A stretch of 64,000 bases of DNA, from contig NC_086097.1 of the NCBI RefSeq assembly GCF_963921235.1, positions 134,790,001-134,854,000 on the forward strand, given 5' to 3'. The translations under genes and the position numbers were made by a program. Below, piece by piece: positions 49,560-63,740 of the stretch. The stretch is from Mobula hypostoma. Lineage: Eukaryota. The notes under the pieces were generated by a model. The model ran no database searches. It had not been told where the DNA came from and saw only the letters and a list, made by a program, of their open reading frames with translations. Within the stretch, counting starts at the first letter, position 1. Every line of letters starts with the position of its first letter.

Positions 49560-52270
49560 TAGATTCATAGTTATAGAACAGTACAGAACAGAAACAGGCC
49601 CTTCAGCCCATCTATCTGCCTCGTCCCATCAACCGGCACCTGGACCATACCCCTCTCATTCGTGTACCTACCTAAATTTCTCTTCAATGTTGAAATCAAC
49701 ATTACATTCACCACATACTGGCAGCTCTTCTATAATCACACCACCCTCTGAGTGAAGCAGCTCCCCCCAGGTTCTCCACAAACATTCCAACTTTCTCCTT
49801 TAACACACACCCTCTAGTTGCAGTCTCACCCATTCTCAGTGGATAAAGCCTGCTTACATTTACCATCTCTACACTACTCATAAATTTATGTACTGTACCT
49901 CTATCAATTCTCCCCTCAATCTTCTACATTCTAGGGAATAAAGTCCAAACCTATTCAATGTTTCCCTATAACTCGGTCCTCAAGTCCCAGCAAAATCATT
50001 GTAAATTTTACCGGCACTCTTTCAATCTTATTAACAGTGCATCTTTCCTGTAGGTAGGTGACCAAGACTGAACATAATACTCCAAATTTGGCCTCAACAA
50101 CATCTTATACATTTTCAACATAACATCCCAACTCCTGTACTCAATACATTGATTAGTGAAGTCTAATGTGCCAAAAACTTTCTTTACGACCCTATGTACC
50201 CATGACACCACTTCCAATGAATTATGGATCTGTATTCCCAGATCCCTTTGTTCTACTATACTCCTCCCTGCCCTACCATTCACTGTATAAGACCTACCCT
50301 GGTTGGTCCTTCCAAAGTACAACACCTCACATTTGTCTGCAATAAATTCCAGTTGCCACTTTTCCAACTGATCCAGATTCCGCTGTCAGCTTTAGTGGTC
50401 TTTCTCGTTGTTCACTACACTCTCAATCTTGGGTGTCATTTGCAAATTTGCTGATCCAGTTTATCACATTATCATCCAGATCGATGATACAGATAACAAA
50501 CAACAAAGGACCGAGCACCAATCTCTACGACACACCACTAGTTACAGACCTCATCAGAGAGGGAACCATCTTCAACCACTCCGGCTTCTTCCACAAAGCC
50601 AATGTCTAATCCAGTTTACTACCTTATCCTGAATGCCAAGAGACAACCTTCTTGACCAATCACCCAAGTGGAACCTTTTCAAAGGCCTGGTTAAGGTCCA
50701 TGTGGACAACATCCACTGCCTTACCTTCATCAACTTTCCTGGTAACTTCCTCGAAAAACTCTATTAAGATTGGTTAGGCATGATTTACCATGCCATTTAC
50801 CATGATTAACCTGTCCCTGTCTATCCAAATACTTACATAAGCAGTCCCTTAGAATACCTTCCAATAACTTTCCCACAACTGATGTCAGGCTTGCCAGCCT
50901 ATAATTTCCTGGCTTGCTCTTTGAGCCTTTCTTAAATAATGGCACAACATTAGCTACTCTCCAATTCCCCCAACACCTCACTGTGGCCAAGGATGTTTTA
51001 AATATCTCTGCTAAGGCCCCTCTAATTTTTGCACTAGCCTCCCACAGGGTCCAAGGAAACACCATGTCAGGCCCTGGGGATTTATTCACCACAGTTTCCC
51101 TCAAGATACCAAACATCTCCTCCTCTATAATCTGTATAAGGTCCATGATCTCCCTGCTGCATTGTCTCACATCTATAGACTCTGCGTCTGTCTCCCGAGT
51201 AAATACAGATGCAGAAAATCGATTTAAGATCTTCCCCGTTTCTTTTGGCTCCACGCATAATTACACTCTGATCTTCCAGAGGACCAACTTTGTCGCTCAC
51301 TATCCCTTTGCTCTTAATGTATCTGTAGAAGCTCTTAGGATTCTCCTTCACCATGTCTGCTAGAGTAACTTCCATGTTTTCTTTTAGCCTTCCTGATTTT
51401 CTTAAGTATTCTCTTGTATTTCTTATACTCAAGTACGTAATTTGTTCCAGTCTACCTACAGCTGTTATGCACCTCCTTTTTCTTATCCAGGACCGCAACA
51501 CAGTATCTCTCAAAAGCCAAGGTACCCTAAACCTGTTAACCTTGCCTTTTATTCTGACAGGAACATACAAATTGTACTCTCAAAATTTCACTTTTAAGGA
51601 CTCCCATTTACAAACTGCACCTTTGCCAGAAAACCACTTGATCCAATCCACACTTGCCAAATCCTTTCTGATACCATCAAAATTAGCCTTCCTCCAATAT
51701 AGAATTTCAACCTGAGAAGCAGATCTATCCTTTTCCACAATTACCTTGAAACTTGTGGACTAATGGGTGGTCTATACTATCATCCCTTTAGTGTGGCCGT
51801 GCCTTTTTTATTCCTCAGTCTACCCACAAAGCCTCACTAAACGAGCACTCCAGCTGGTCCAGGCTGAGCACTGCCATGACATTTTCCCTGACTAATAAGA
51901 CCACTCCTCCCTCTTTAATCCCTCCCACTTTAACACATCTAAAATAACAGAACCCTGGAAGACTGACCTGCAAGCAAGTCTCACTAATGCCTACAATGTC
52001 ATAATTCCACATGCTGATGTATGCCCTAAGCCCACCTGCCTTTCCTACAATACTCCTTGTACCTTTCACACCGTGAAATATACGCAGCTCAGAACATTGG
52101 TCCCATCATGCTAGACCTTTCAATACCCAACTTTGTACATAGGCTTAACAATGTTTTTACCCACAACAATTCCTCTATCTGTTCTGGCGCTCTGGTTCCC
52201 ATCCCCCTGTAACTCCAGTTTAACTACCCCCCCCCCCCATCTCCGTGCAGCACAAGCAAACCTTCCGCTT
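49560..52270 (-). mobile_element. Older CR1 LINE, degraded
   Basis: YDIVGISET, KENPKSFYRYIK, WRVANVVPLFKKG, EQRDLG, RPNLEY remnants. Confidence 0.88.
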
Positions 52271-52559
52271 TGTAGTTCATTTGTTGTTTTTATTCTGCAC
52301 TTTTATCTTTGGAACAAGTTAATATATCACACAGCAAATGGAATGTCCAATAGGACTATCATATGGAACTAATTTTAACCCAAGTAAGATTGGCCATTAT
52401 ATCTAATCATACAAAGGCAATGAATTCATGACAAAGATTATGCATTTACAAGTAAACAAGTATTTCTGAAAACTGCAGCAAAACAGCAGCGTCAATGGAA
52501 TTTTCAGATATCCTCTTGTGAAGCTGAAATCTGAGCAGTGAACTGCTCAGATTTCAACT

Positions 52560-53330
52560 TCACATTCATTCAGTTTATTGTCATTTGCCCGCATACATGT
52601 ATACCGCCAAACGAAACAATGTTCCTCTGGAGCAAGGTGCACAACACAGTATAAATAACTCACATATACAAAACAAAGTAATATCACCACAAATAAATTA
52701 AAAAAATAAGATGCATATACAAGGCAAATTAAAAAGTAAGTAGTATAATACTAATGGTGCTTCATACATGATGAGACCTGGGTGGTGGCACAGAGTTCAG
52801 TACTCTTACAGCCTGGGGGAAGAAATCATTTCCCATACTAACAGTTCTTGTCCTAATGCTACGGTACCTCCTGCCTCATGGTAACAGGTCAAAGAGATTG
52901 TTGGATAGAAGGGAGGGTTCACTGACAATGCTAAGGGACTTATGTACATAGGAGTCCAGATAAATATCTCCAACGGGTGGAAGAGAAACCCCTATAATCT
53001 TTTCAGCAGTGCTCGCAAACCTTTGTAGACAGTTATGGTCAGATGCCTTGCAGTTCCCGGACCAGACACTGATGCAGCTGGTCAGGACACTCTCAATGGT
53101 GCTTCTATAAAAGCTGGTTAAAATGGAAAGCTGAGGGTAGTAGCCACAGTCATCTCAATCTTATCAGGAAGTAGATAAGCTGATGTGCTTTCTTGACTAA
53201 AGACATGCTGCTGAGGGGCCAGGTATGATTGTCAGTTACATACACTCCCAGAAACCTGGTGCTCCTAATTTTCTCCACGGAGGCGCTGTGTACATGCACT
53301 GAGGAGAGGTCAGCCTGCATCTTCAGTTTG
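52560..53330 (-). mobile_element. Old Rex1/Babar-type 3' fragment
   Basis: Minus-strand FYRSTIESVLTSCISVW remnant and a TTTATT 3' end. Confidence 0.6.
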
Positions 53331-54297
53331 TATAACTTTCAGAATGTAATATTTCAAAGTGCCTCTATTAACAGTTTAATATTTTAATTCAGCAAAAGCT
53401 ACTGACAGATTCCTTTTCACTAAGAACGTTGTGCTGGTACTCTTACACTGCAGAAAATTAAACCCTGATTTTCTGATAGCTAGAGTTAATTTCATGCTTT
53501 TTCAATCTGACAATTTCATGCTCATTCAATGACCAACCTAATGTTGCATACAAAATCCAAAACATATGCTATATCCAAATGAGAACTTTTCAAAGAAATT
53601 TTCTAAATATATTTAGGCAGGACAGCACAGAGAGAAAGGAAGCATTGTGGTGCTGGCATACGGTCTGTTAAATATCTGTTTTAACCAGTGAGGTTTCTTG
53701 AACTGAATTTTTTTCATCTGACTACAATCTATCAGGGACATTTCTCATCACAATCAAAGTTAACATACAATCAAATATCACTGCACATTTACAGACAAAT
53801 TATAAATTACAAATAGCTCAACCATATATTAGAACAACAAAACCAAGCATATCTTCCACACTCCCTCACTTAATTTCTGAACTCTTTGCTTCCATTTATT
53901 ATTAACATTTTATTGTGGCTGATTGCATCCTTTATGCAGCACAGAATCTCCTCTAGAGTAGCTAAATATGTGCACTGATGCAGAGAATTTATCCCCATTG
54001 AAGTTCATTTGGTATTATGAGCATTAATTATAGTCATGAGTTATGGAATATCAACAGGACAAGGAAAATATTAAAACCTCTGGTGTTTTGTACATTGTCT
54101 TCAACCAGACACCTGCAGTGTATAGATAAGACCACTAAAAATGATGTGCAATGAAGCAGTCACACAAAGCACTTTCTAGAACTTGCTTACGGCCAACATC
54201 TTCAGAATGGCACTTTGATTGCTGCAAACAAAAATACCCAGTTGGGGTTCATTACTTAAGCTGGATAAGAAGACTGTTCCTAAACCCTGCTGCTTAC

Positions 54298-54446
54298 CTG
54301 TGGTGTGCAGCTGCTTATTGGACGGATTTCATTGCTGAGTGGTGCCATCGAGACCAACAGGGTGTAATTCTTGTTCAGGACTCTGCTGCAGGTGGCAGGA
54401 TCCAATCCCAGTAAGCTCTCGCAACGTAACAAATCCAATGGAAAAC
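54298..54446 (-). CDS. FAM91A1: FAM91A1 exon ([49 protein letters not shown])
   Basis: 149 nt, AG/GT, phase 1 to 0. Confidence 0.97.
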
Positions 54447-55242
54447 CTACGAGGAAATCAAGCTCATTAGCAAGCAAAATTCTGTAACGGAAGCCAGTGT
54501 CCAGAAAATTGACTGCCTCATTTCCTAAATGAACACTTCAAAAATACTCCATTTGGGTGGAGTGAGAGGAACAGTAAAAGCACCTTAAGATTAGACACTA
54601 GAGGACTGCAAAATGTTTTTGTTTATAAATAATTTATAGTAGAAAAGTCATTCTGTTCAATTAGCACACTGGTTTTGGCAATCTACCAGTCCCTCATTTC
54701 ATTTAACCTTATCAACATGATTATTGCTTCTTACACATTTATTCTCATGTTTATCTAACTTCACATGATGTACTTCTGCACTTCATTGCTCAACTGTTGC
54801 AATGACTTCTGTATTTTCGCCATCCTCTGTCAATTTTCTGTAATATTTGTTAGTGAGAGTTACATATTTAGTCACAAATTCTGACCCTCCCTACGCGGGG
54901 CCATGCCATTTAATGAGTTTATCATTCTTGGTACCTCCTCTAAGTCACTACTCATTCATGCTCAATTTATCATTATTAGTTCTAGGTCCATAGTTGGAAG
55001 ATTCTCCTTTTCACACTATTTTTTTCCTGATACAAAATAAAATGAATCCCCAAGAATTAAGGCTTTCCTCTCTATTAAACTCAGTTTCTCTACTTTCAAA
55101 GTTTGTCTTAAAGTAAAGCATTATCAAATAAAATCCTATCTATATTAATTAAGATATAAATTACTATTTAACCACAATAAATTGACCTTTTTATATTTTT
55201 CAGCCTTCTTAACAATTGATTTCAACACAGAGTATATCCTAC

Positions 55243-55366
55243 CACCGCTTGGTTGTTCATCATCTGTGACTAGGTCTTTATTATGTCGCAGGAACAGTAT
55301 AGTGTTTCTCAGAGTTAGTGCATGATCAAAATATCTCTGTGCCTCTCCCTCGCCAGTGTTCTGAAC
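55243..55366 (-). CDS. FAM91A1: FAM91A1 exon ([41 protein letters not shown])
   Basis: 124 nt, AG/GT, phase 0 to 1. Confidence 0.96.
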
Positions 55367-57575
55367 CTTAAATATAAAACATTCCAATTATCATTTATAA
55401 ACAGCATCAAAAACAAATATTTGAATCAAAATGACTTAGTAAAGCTGTACAATTAGAAACCTTAATGTTCAAAGTAAAATTTAATATCAGAGTACATACA
55501 TGTCACCACATACAACCTTGAGATTCTTTTTCCTGCCGGCATACTTGATGAGAAATGTGCAATTTCTATATTTCTATGATATATTTGTGTTTAATAAATA
55601 ATTTTATTTTTCTGTTAATTACAGACAGGAAGTGGTTGCACAAGATTATGTAGATTATAAGATACTTGACGAATAATGCAAAGAGCTGATTTAAGAGCTG
55701 ATCTGTATACAGATTTAGGTCCATATATTAAACAAAGCTGAAATAAACAAGTAGAATTATTAAAGATGTGTGAAAATACCAGACAGTTATCACATTTCAG
55801 AGCAGTGAACACATCTCAAATATCTTGTTTGGCCTACATAACTTCAGGTCCACAGCAGTGTAATTGACTATTGTCGCATTAAATGCGTATGAGTGAATGT
55901 ATATGCGTATAAATGAGTGGCCCAGCAAGCCACTCAGTTCAAGGGTTTGGACAATAAATGGCAGCCCTGCCTGTGAAGCCAATATTTGTGAATGAATAAA
56001 AATCCAGTGGCCTCCATCATAAAGTTTCTGCTACAGCAAACCACAAATCCCAGGTCTTTACCATCTCAGACAACGGCAGTATGTAACCGAGAAACACCAT
56101 CAGCATGTACATTTCCTGTACCATGTTCCTTTCATGTCTTTCAGTTTGTACTTCACAAATATTCACCTGGTATGTACGAGAACCATTCAGTACAATAGTG
56201 TAATTGGTCACTGTTGTTTTTAGATAGTTGAGTGATAGAACTCGTGTTATTCAGATCTACTTACATCTATAGAAGCTCACTTTTTAATAACCTGACATTT
56301 CTTGTATATTGATTATCCTCTGATCATGGGCTCCCTCCTCCAATCAACATCAGGTCCTCCACTACTCTCATTTAGCACAACCCCTTGCTTCCATTGCTGA
56401 CTTGAGATACCAATATACAAGCTCTAGATTTCCCTCCCTCAACTCAATACCCACTATTTTGAAAAATTAACAAAATGCTCAAGTGACCACAGCTTTGTGG
56501 TTGCTTCAACATTTGAAGTTCTCCTCAGCTCTCTGCCATCTTTAATATTGTCTACAGCTATGAATTTCCTGTTCATATCTTCATTAGTGTGCATGAACAT
56601 GGAGATTTTATATTCTATTCACTTCATAATTATGCTATTAAGTTAATCACATTAAAATAACCTTTCCATAAAGTACAGAGTCACTGATCAAGTAATTCTA
56701 CAGCATGGGAGATGGCAATTCTCCAAATACTGGAGTCCTTCAAACTCTTATCAATTAGTTCTATTCTTTTTCCTTTCCTTGCCAGCACTGGTAAATATTC
56801 AATTATGTATCCAATTATCTTTTGAAAATTTTGAGTGAATCTGCTTCCACTATGTTCTCAGTTGCCACAAACCAGTTGTGCAAATGAATTTCCTCCTTTT
56901 TTTTTGTCACCTGTGTCCTCTAACCCATTGATCAGCGTGAAATGGTTCTCAGTACTTCTGATCAATTTTGATACTCTTAAGACAGTTTGGTGAGCCAGAT
57001 GCTGCTTGACCTTGTTCAGGCTCCATATATGCCCACTATTCAATCATGCTTTGTAGCCCCATCTGCCTAATCACGTTAGATGCTTCAAGAGACAGAATCT
57101 CACACCTCACTCCAAAGTCACCCAACTGGACTGATCAACAGTTTCCAATAATTAGATATTTTAAAGCAACTGAAATAAGCAGTTTAAAAAAAGGATGTAA
57201 CAGAATTTAAAACACATTTAACTTAATGCTGTTTACATTAGAAAACTAAATCATTTACCTCTCTATCCGATACAGTGATCGCATTAAAATAAATTGGACC
57301 TTGTTAGATATGCCAGTGATCCATGACACAATACTATGAAGTCAGATATAAAGTGTGGTTGAAGACAGTTGTGCTCTGCCTCTGGATGGAGTGCCAAGTC
57401 CAGCAGAAGAATGGAAGGATAAATGAGCTACCACACTACAGAACGCCAGGAGCACATTAATCTGTAAGGTGTACCTTGCCACCAACAGGCCTGTGCATTT
57501 TGTCCATTTTGAGCAGATAATGACCAAAGGGAAAACCACAAGGATAATTACTGTAACTTCTCCCTAATAACATAC

Positions 57576-57662
57576 CTTTTCAAGTTCTACAAGGAAGCTG
57601 TCTAGAGACTCATCTGATAATTTCCCAACTTCAAACATAGTCACAGCATGACTCTTTAGGTT
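57576..57662 (-). CDS. FAM91A1: FAM91A1 exon (NLKSHAVTMFEVGKLSDESLDSFLVELEK)
   Basis: 87 nt, AG/GT, phase 0. Confidence 0.96.
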
Positions 57663-57769
57663 CTGCAGAAAAAGCAACAAAACATTAATTAAACACAAGA
57701 AAAACACTAACAAATCATTACCAAAAATGTCAGATGTTTGCAATTATTCTCCGCAGAAAATGGTCCGAA

Positions 57770-58005
57770 TTTTATTTCGCGATACAACATGGAGTAGGCT
57801 CTTCCGGCCCCTCAAGCCTCGCAGCCTCAGCAAACCCCAACGTCAGTCACCTGTAACCTCATCAAGGTACAATTTACAATGAGCAATTAACCTACCAGCA
57901 CGTCTCTGGACTGCGGGAGGAAACCAGGGGATGCACAGAGGCTCCTTTCAGAATGGTACCGGAATTGAACTCAGAACTCTCCAAGCTATAATAGTGTTGC
58001 GCTAA
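57770..58005 (-). mobile_element. V-SINE
   Basis: Minus-strand B-box GAGTTCAATTCC and V-domain GGTTTCCTCCCGCAGTCCAGAGAC. Confidence 0.7.
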
Positions 58006-59097
58006 AATCTCTTAAGTAGTAATAATTTGCTCAAGCCATTTCATAGATATAACTGATAAAAAAGCAAAGTTTCACAACAACTTAAGCAACACCAGCATTT
58101 CACACTGAATCCACATAATGGGTCTGTTTCACTTTGATTTTAAATGGCAGCAACTTTGAAAGACTTAAAAACCTTAAGTCTTACATTTACACACAACCAT
58201 TCTACAGCATCCCAAATTACCTTACAGCCAAGAACTTGAGAAACACTTTTCCAATGCAGGAAATGAAGTAACCAATTTCTACGCAAGATTCCACAAATAG
58301 CAATGTGATAGTGAGCTAAACATGTTATAGAAACATAGGTTGGTTTGCTAATACTGTCTGAGAGACAGGGGATAAGTTTCCTGCTTTTCTTATTGCCACA
58401 AGTTCAATTCCTTTCACCTCAGGCAGGACTTTAGTTTAAAATATAGGGTGGTACATTAAATATTACTGCATTCTCAATTCTGCATAAGAGTGTCAGTTTT
58501 GATCTTTGCACTTGAGTGGAACGACACCAGAACCCTTTGAAAAGGAAAGAGTGCAGCCTCAAGAAGATGGTATCCATCACTGAGGACCCTCACAATAATT
58601 ACTATTACCAAGGAGGAGTTACAGAAGCTGTGAGACCCACACTCAATTCAGAAACAGGTTTCTTTTCCCCACCCCAAGCTTTTTTGTTGCACTATTTATT
58701 TTTGTAATTTACAGTAACTTCAACTTTGTACTATACTGCTGCTACAAAACCAATGTTATGGTGTCTAAATCAGTGATAATAATTCTGACTTTTGAATGCA
58801 TCCAACTGAACCAGAATTGAAACCAAGTCCACTCACCTTTACAAAATACTCCAGTCTGCAGGCTAGGCTCCTGACCTATATTTACCTCCACATAATCATC
58901 AGTAAAACAGATAATCTGGTCACTATGATATTGCTGTTTTCAAAAGCAGGGTTTAATCAAATTGATTACCAAGCTACCCATATTACATTAGCTATTTAAA
59001 AAATATTTCATTGGTCATCAAGGAAAAGGCAACCTTTCTCTCATCAACTAAAAAAATGGCAAGAGAGTGACACAAGTAGCATTTCAAGGAACTTTAC

Positions 59098-59210
59098 CGG
59101 TGAAAGATTTCCCATCATTAAAAACGCTGTGAGAGTTGAATCAAACAGGAATGCAATTCTTTTTGTGTGTCCACTGGGCAAGCTTAAACTGTTCACACTG
59201 GCAGAGTCAG
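59098..59210 (-). CDS. FAM91A1: FAM91A1 exon ([37 protein letters not shown])
   Basis: 113 nt, AG/GT, phase 1 to 0. Confidence 0.96.
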
Positions 59211-59518
59211 CTAGAAGTCAAAAACATCATCATCACTTAAAATGCACTAAAGTTATAAATACACAACCAAGCTGGAAAAACACCCAAATTATTTATGATT
59301 TACAAAAAGATGCCATCATATGACACTTCATTAAAATGAATTAAAAATCAGGAAAAAAATCAACAACTTTAAGATGAAATACTTGAAGGTTTGAATAAGC
59401 CTATAGATTAATGAGACATTGCTATAGCTTCAAAGTACAATTAGCTTCAGCATCAATCACGACATATCTTTGAGGAAAATTATCAAACATGAGTACTGTT
59501 TATATATCCCGCACTTAC

Positions 59519-59634
59519 CCACATCATCTTGACTAGTTGTATCAGTGTCTGTTGTTGATGTGGTGTCATGCACAGGACTCCGATTTTCCATCCCATCCCA
59601 TGATAGCAGCATTTTCTGAGGGTCCATTGCACAC
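59519..59634 (-). CDS. FAM91A1: FAM91A1 exon (CAMDPQKMLLSWDGMENRSPVHDTTSTTDTDTTSQDDV); the most 5' exon found in the window
   Basis: 116 nt, AG/GT, phase 2 to 1. Confidence 0.95.
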
Positions 59635-60468
59635 CTGTATGAAACAGCCAAGTATTACTGGCATCAGCCCAGGTTTGGAAAAAAGCACAAAACTGTACAA
59701 ATATGCACTTATTTTTGAAGAATGTTTTTTGATCCCACCCCATATAGGTGAAAAGAATTATGGTGTTAAACAGAACAGACGCTTACAGAGGTAAATTAGT
59801 TAATTTCAAATTAATTAATGTGTTTGCACCTTTCCTCTCCAACAGTAACAATTGGGTTTTGATAAAATGCCTTAAATATGATTATAAAGGTCAGTGGTTA
59901 AAACACAGACAAAATCAAAACTGTAACAGAATGTATAGAATTTAACACATTCTCAACTGAATTTTATATTCAATTACAGGAAAACTTGAGAAAAGGGTTG
60001 GTAAAGGAGAAAGGGAAAGAATAAGCCTCAGACGTCAAAATAAAAAAAAACTGTTTATAAAAAAGAATCTTTACAGCTTTGAAAATACACAGTTAGAAAC
60101 ACTAAATATATCAAGATAATTAACTCAGTTTCTTCAATTCATTTCTGTATCATTGGTTAATATTTATTTTCACCAGTCCTAATAGGACTGATCAAATGCT
60201 TTATGTGGTATCATAAACATGGTTGTAAGGAAATTCTCTTCAAACGGAAGCTTGATCTGACAAAATTACGGAATCACATGATAATGTGAGCTTGCTTTAA
60301 CAATACCTATGTACTTTCTTCAACAAATCCACTTTGGAAAATGGTCAAAATAAACTCCAAACAATAAAAGTAGTCATTTTAATTTAAAAAGAGCTGAAGC
60401 CAACAGCACAATGAAAAGAAAGCAAAATATCTAAGGAAAGTCTGGCTTATCTGTATCTCATTCAGTTA

Positions 60469-62078
60469 CAGTGGTATGCAAAAGTTTGGGCACCCTTGGT
60501 CAAAATTTCTGTTACTGTGAATAGCTAAGCGAGTAAAAGATGACCTGATTTCCAAAAGGCATAAAGTTAAAGATGACACATTTCTTTAATATTTTAAGCA
60601 AGATTACTTTTTTTATTTCCATCTTTTACAGTTTCAAAATAACAAAAAAGAAAAAGCAAAAGTTTGGGCACCCTGCATGGTCAGTACTTAGTAACACTCC
60701 CTTTGGCAAGTATTACAGCTTGTAAATGCTTTCTGTAGCCAGCTAAGAGTCCTACAATTCTTGTTTGGGGGATTTTCGCCCATTCTTCCTTGCAGAAGGC
60801 TTCTAGTTCTGTGAGATTCTTGGGCCGTCTTACATGCACTGCTCTTTTCAGGTCTTACCACAGATTTTTGATGATGTTTAGGTCGGGGGACTGCGAGGGC
60901 CATGGCAAAACCTTCAGCTTGCGCCTCTTGAGGTAGTCCATTGTGGATTTTGAGGTGTGTTTAGGATTATTATCCTGTTGTAGAAGCCATCCTCTTTTCA
61001 TCTTCAGCTTTTTTACAGACGGTGTGATGTTTGCTTCCAGAATTTGCTGGTATTTAATTGAATTCATTCTTCCCTCTACCAGTAAATGTTCCCCGTGCCA
61101 CTGGCTGCAACACAAGCCCAAAGCATGATCGATCCACCCCCATGCTTAACAGTTGGAGAGGGGTTCTTTTCATGAAATTCTGTACCCTTTTTCTCCAAAC
61201 ATACCTTTGCTCATTGTGGCCAAAAGGTACTAATTTAACTTGATCAGTCCACAGAACTTGTTTCCAAAATGCATCAGGCTTGTTTAGATGTTCCTTCGCA
61301 AACTTCTAACGCTGAGTTTTGTGGTGAGGATGCAGGAAAGGTTTTCTTCTGATGATTCTTCCACGAAGGTCATATTTGTGCAGGTGTCGCTGCACAGTAG
61401 AACAGTGCACCACCACTCCAGAGTCTGCTAAATCTTCCGGAAGGTCTTTTGCAGTCAAACGGGGGTTTCGATTTGCCTTTCCAGCAATCCTACAAGCAGT
61501 TCTCCTGGAAAGTTTTCTTGGTCTTCCAGACCTTAACTTGACCTCCACCGTTCCTGTTAACTGCCACTTCCTAATTACATTACAAACTGAGGAAATGGCT
61601 ACCTGAAAATGCTTTGCTATCTTCTTACAGCCTCCTCTTTGTGGGCATCATTTATTTTAATTTTCATAGTGTTAGGCAGCTGCTAAGAGGAGCCCATGGC
61701 TGCTGATTGTTGGGACAAGGTTTGAGGAGTCAGGGTATTTATAAAGCTTAGAAATTTGCATCACTTGGCCTTTCCTAACAATGACCGAACAAGCCATAGC
61801 CCTAACAAGCTAATTAAGGTCTGAGACCTTGGTAAAAGTTATCTAGGAGCTCAAATCTCTTGGGGTGCCCAAACTTTTGCATGGTGCTCTCTTCCTTTTT
61901 TTTTCCACTCTAAAATTGTACAAAACAAAAATAATACATTAATCTTGCTTAAAATGTTGAAAAGAATGTTTTATCTTTAACTGTATGACTTTTGGGGATC
62001 AGTTCATCTTCTACTCACTTAACTATTCACAGTAACAGAAATTTTGACCAGGGGTGCCCAAACTTTTGCATGCCACTG
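60469..62078 (-). mobile_element. Tc1-family DNA transposon, 1610 bp, defective transposase (60681-61697)
   Basis: TA TSD at 60467-60468 and 62079-62080; TIR CAGTGG(T/C)ATGCAAAAGTTTGGGCACCC with internal direct repeats; [24 protein letters not shown]. Confidence 0.95.
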
Positions 62079-63472
62079 TATGTCTAGTTGCATGGGTGTT
62101 TTCAAGAGCCAAGACAGGTTCCAACATCAATATTCAGTATACATGTGGCAACAGGACATTGCTGACTGCATGATGTTGATTTTTTGTGCAATTACAACAA
62201 CTGTGTACATAGCAACAGCCAACATAGCTTGTTAATAAATAGACTTGCATCTATCAGGAAAGATCAGAGGCCAGGGCTCTCTTCTCCATACGTGTGCAAT
62301 TTGATGAAGGGTCTCTTGATTTCTAATTATACGTGTAAGTGGGCCACCTGGTCTCTGGATCCTGCTCTACCAATCAGCAAACTCATGATTAATATTTTAC
62401 CAGACCACTTCCCTGTCCTTCCTCCATTTCCCTCCAGCATCCAGAAAGCAATCAACATCATCTCTGAATTAACTCCATGACTAGCACTCTACATCCCTCT
62501 GGGGTAAAGCATTCCAAAGACTCACCATCCTTGTGTGAAGAAATTTATCTTCATTTTAATCCAAAATGACTTACCCCTTTGACTTTTAACTCTAGTCTTA
62601 TTTCTGCAGAAACACCTATCCAATTGAGCCCTCTAAGTGTACATCCATTTCTTATTCTTCTGAATCCTATGGAGGCCTGGTCTCCAGCCATAAAAGACAC
62701 CATCTCCCTTCCTAACTGCTTCTGCACATGCATGTTGGTGGGATGTTTTCAACTGTGCTGGTGAGAGGACTCTTATCTAGGGATAATATAAATATGCATC
62801 TGGAGAACAGAAAACACAAAAGAAATATTTTAACTTAGTGGACATTGCCACTGCATGGATCTGTTCAGGAAAAAAAGGAATGGAAAATTGTCTTGATGAG
62901 ATGGGGAAAATTTTGGATTTAGTATAAACATCACATAGGCTCAGCTGAACAGTTATTAGAGCGTAAATTTTCTGACAGCCAAATTCTAAGAGACAAGTCA
63001 AAGAGGAACGATGGCAGATAGCAGAAAAGAGGGATTACAAAAGACACAACCTGCAGTTAACATGAGACAAAGGATAATGTTTAATTGAAAGCTACCATAA
63101 TTAAAGTGGCAAATGGTAGTGGCAGACCAGAGTACCTGCATTTTTTTTGGACCCAGAAGTCGAAAACTAAGAAGTGCATAAGGGAGAAAATGAATTTTAG
63201 AAATCTTACACGTGGTACAAAACAGCAAACCCTTCTATGGGTATACAAATAAGAAGCAGTTAAAAGTAAATATGGGGCTTCGACAGAGTAAGGCTGGTGA
63301 ATTACAGGAAGGAGATGGGGACCGAGCGGCATGATGCCATGACAACAAACCTTCACTCAAAGTCACCAAAACAGAAAAGCTGGCCACTGAGTTCAGGAAG
63401 GAGGTGGTGTACATGCTTCCGTTTACATCAACAGTGCTGAGGATGAGAGCTTCAAATTCCTGGAGTGAACAG

Positions 63473-63740
63473 ATTTATACACCCTGATTTGCCTCTGAGC
63501 AGGAGGTGTTTGCTATTGAGGCAAATCAGGGTAGATAAATCCCCGGGGCCTGACAAGGTGTTCCCTTGGACCCTGGAGGGAGGCAAGTGCAGAGATTGCC
63601 GGGGCCCTAGCAGAGATATTTAAAACATCCTTAGTGACAGGAGAAGTACCAGAGAACTGGAGGATAGCCAATGTTGTTCCACTGTTTAAAAAAGATTCTA
63701 AACATAAACCAGGAAATTACAGGCCAATGAGTCTGATATT
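63473..63740 (+). mobile_element. CR1 RT fragment with a fold-back at its 5' junction
   Basis: DKSPGPD, WRIANVVPLFKK, NYRPMSL; 23-bp inverted repeat at 63473-63495 and 63518-63540. Confidence 0.7.

Noticed and set aside
62777..63001. Candidate for the next upstream FAM91A1 exon (NAVSMYCRLGF...)
   Set aside because: No frame matches; that exon presumably lies beyond position 64000.
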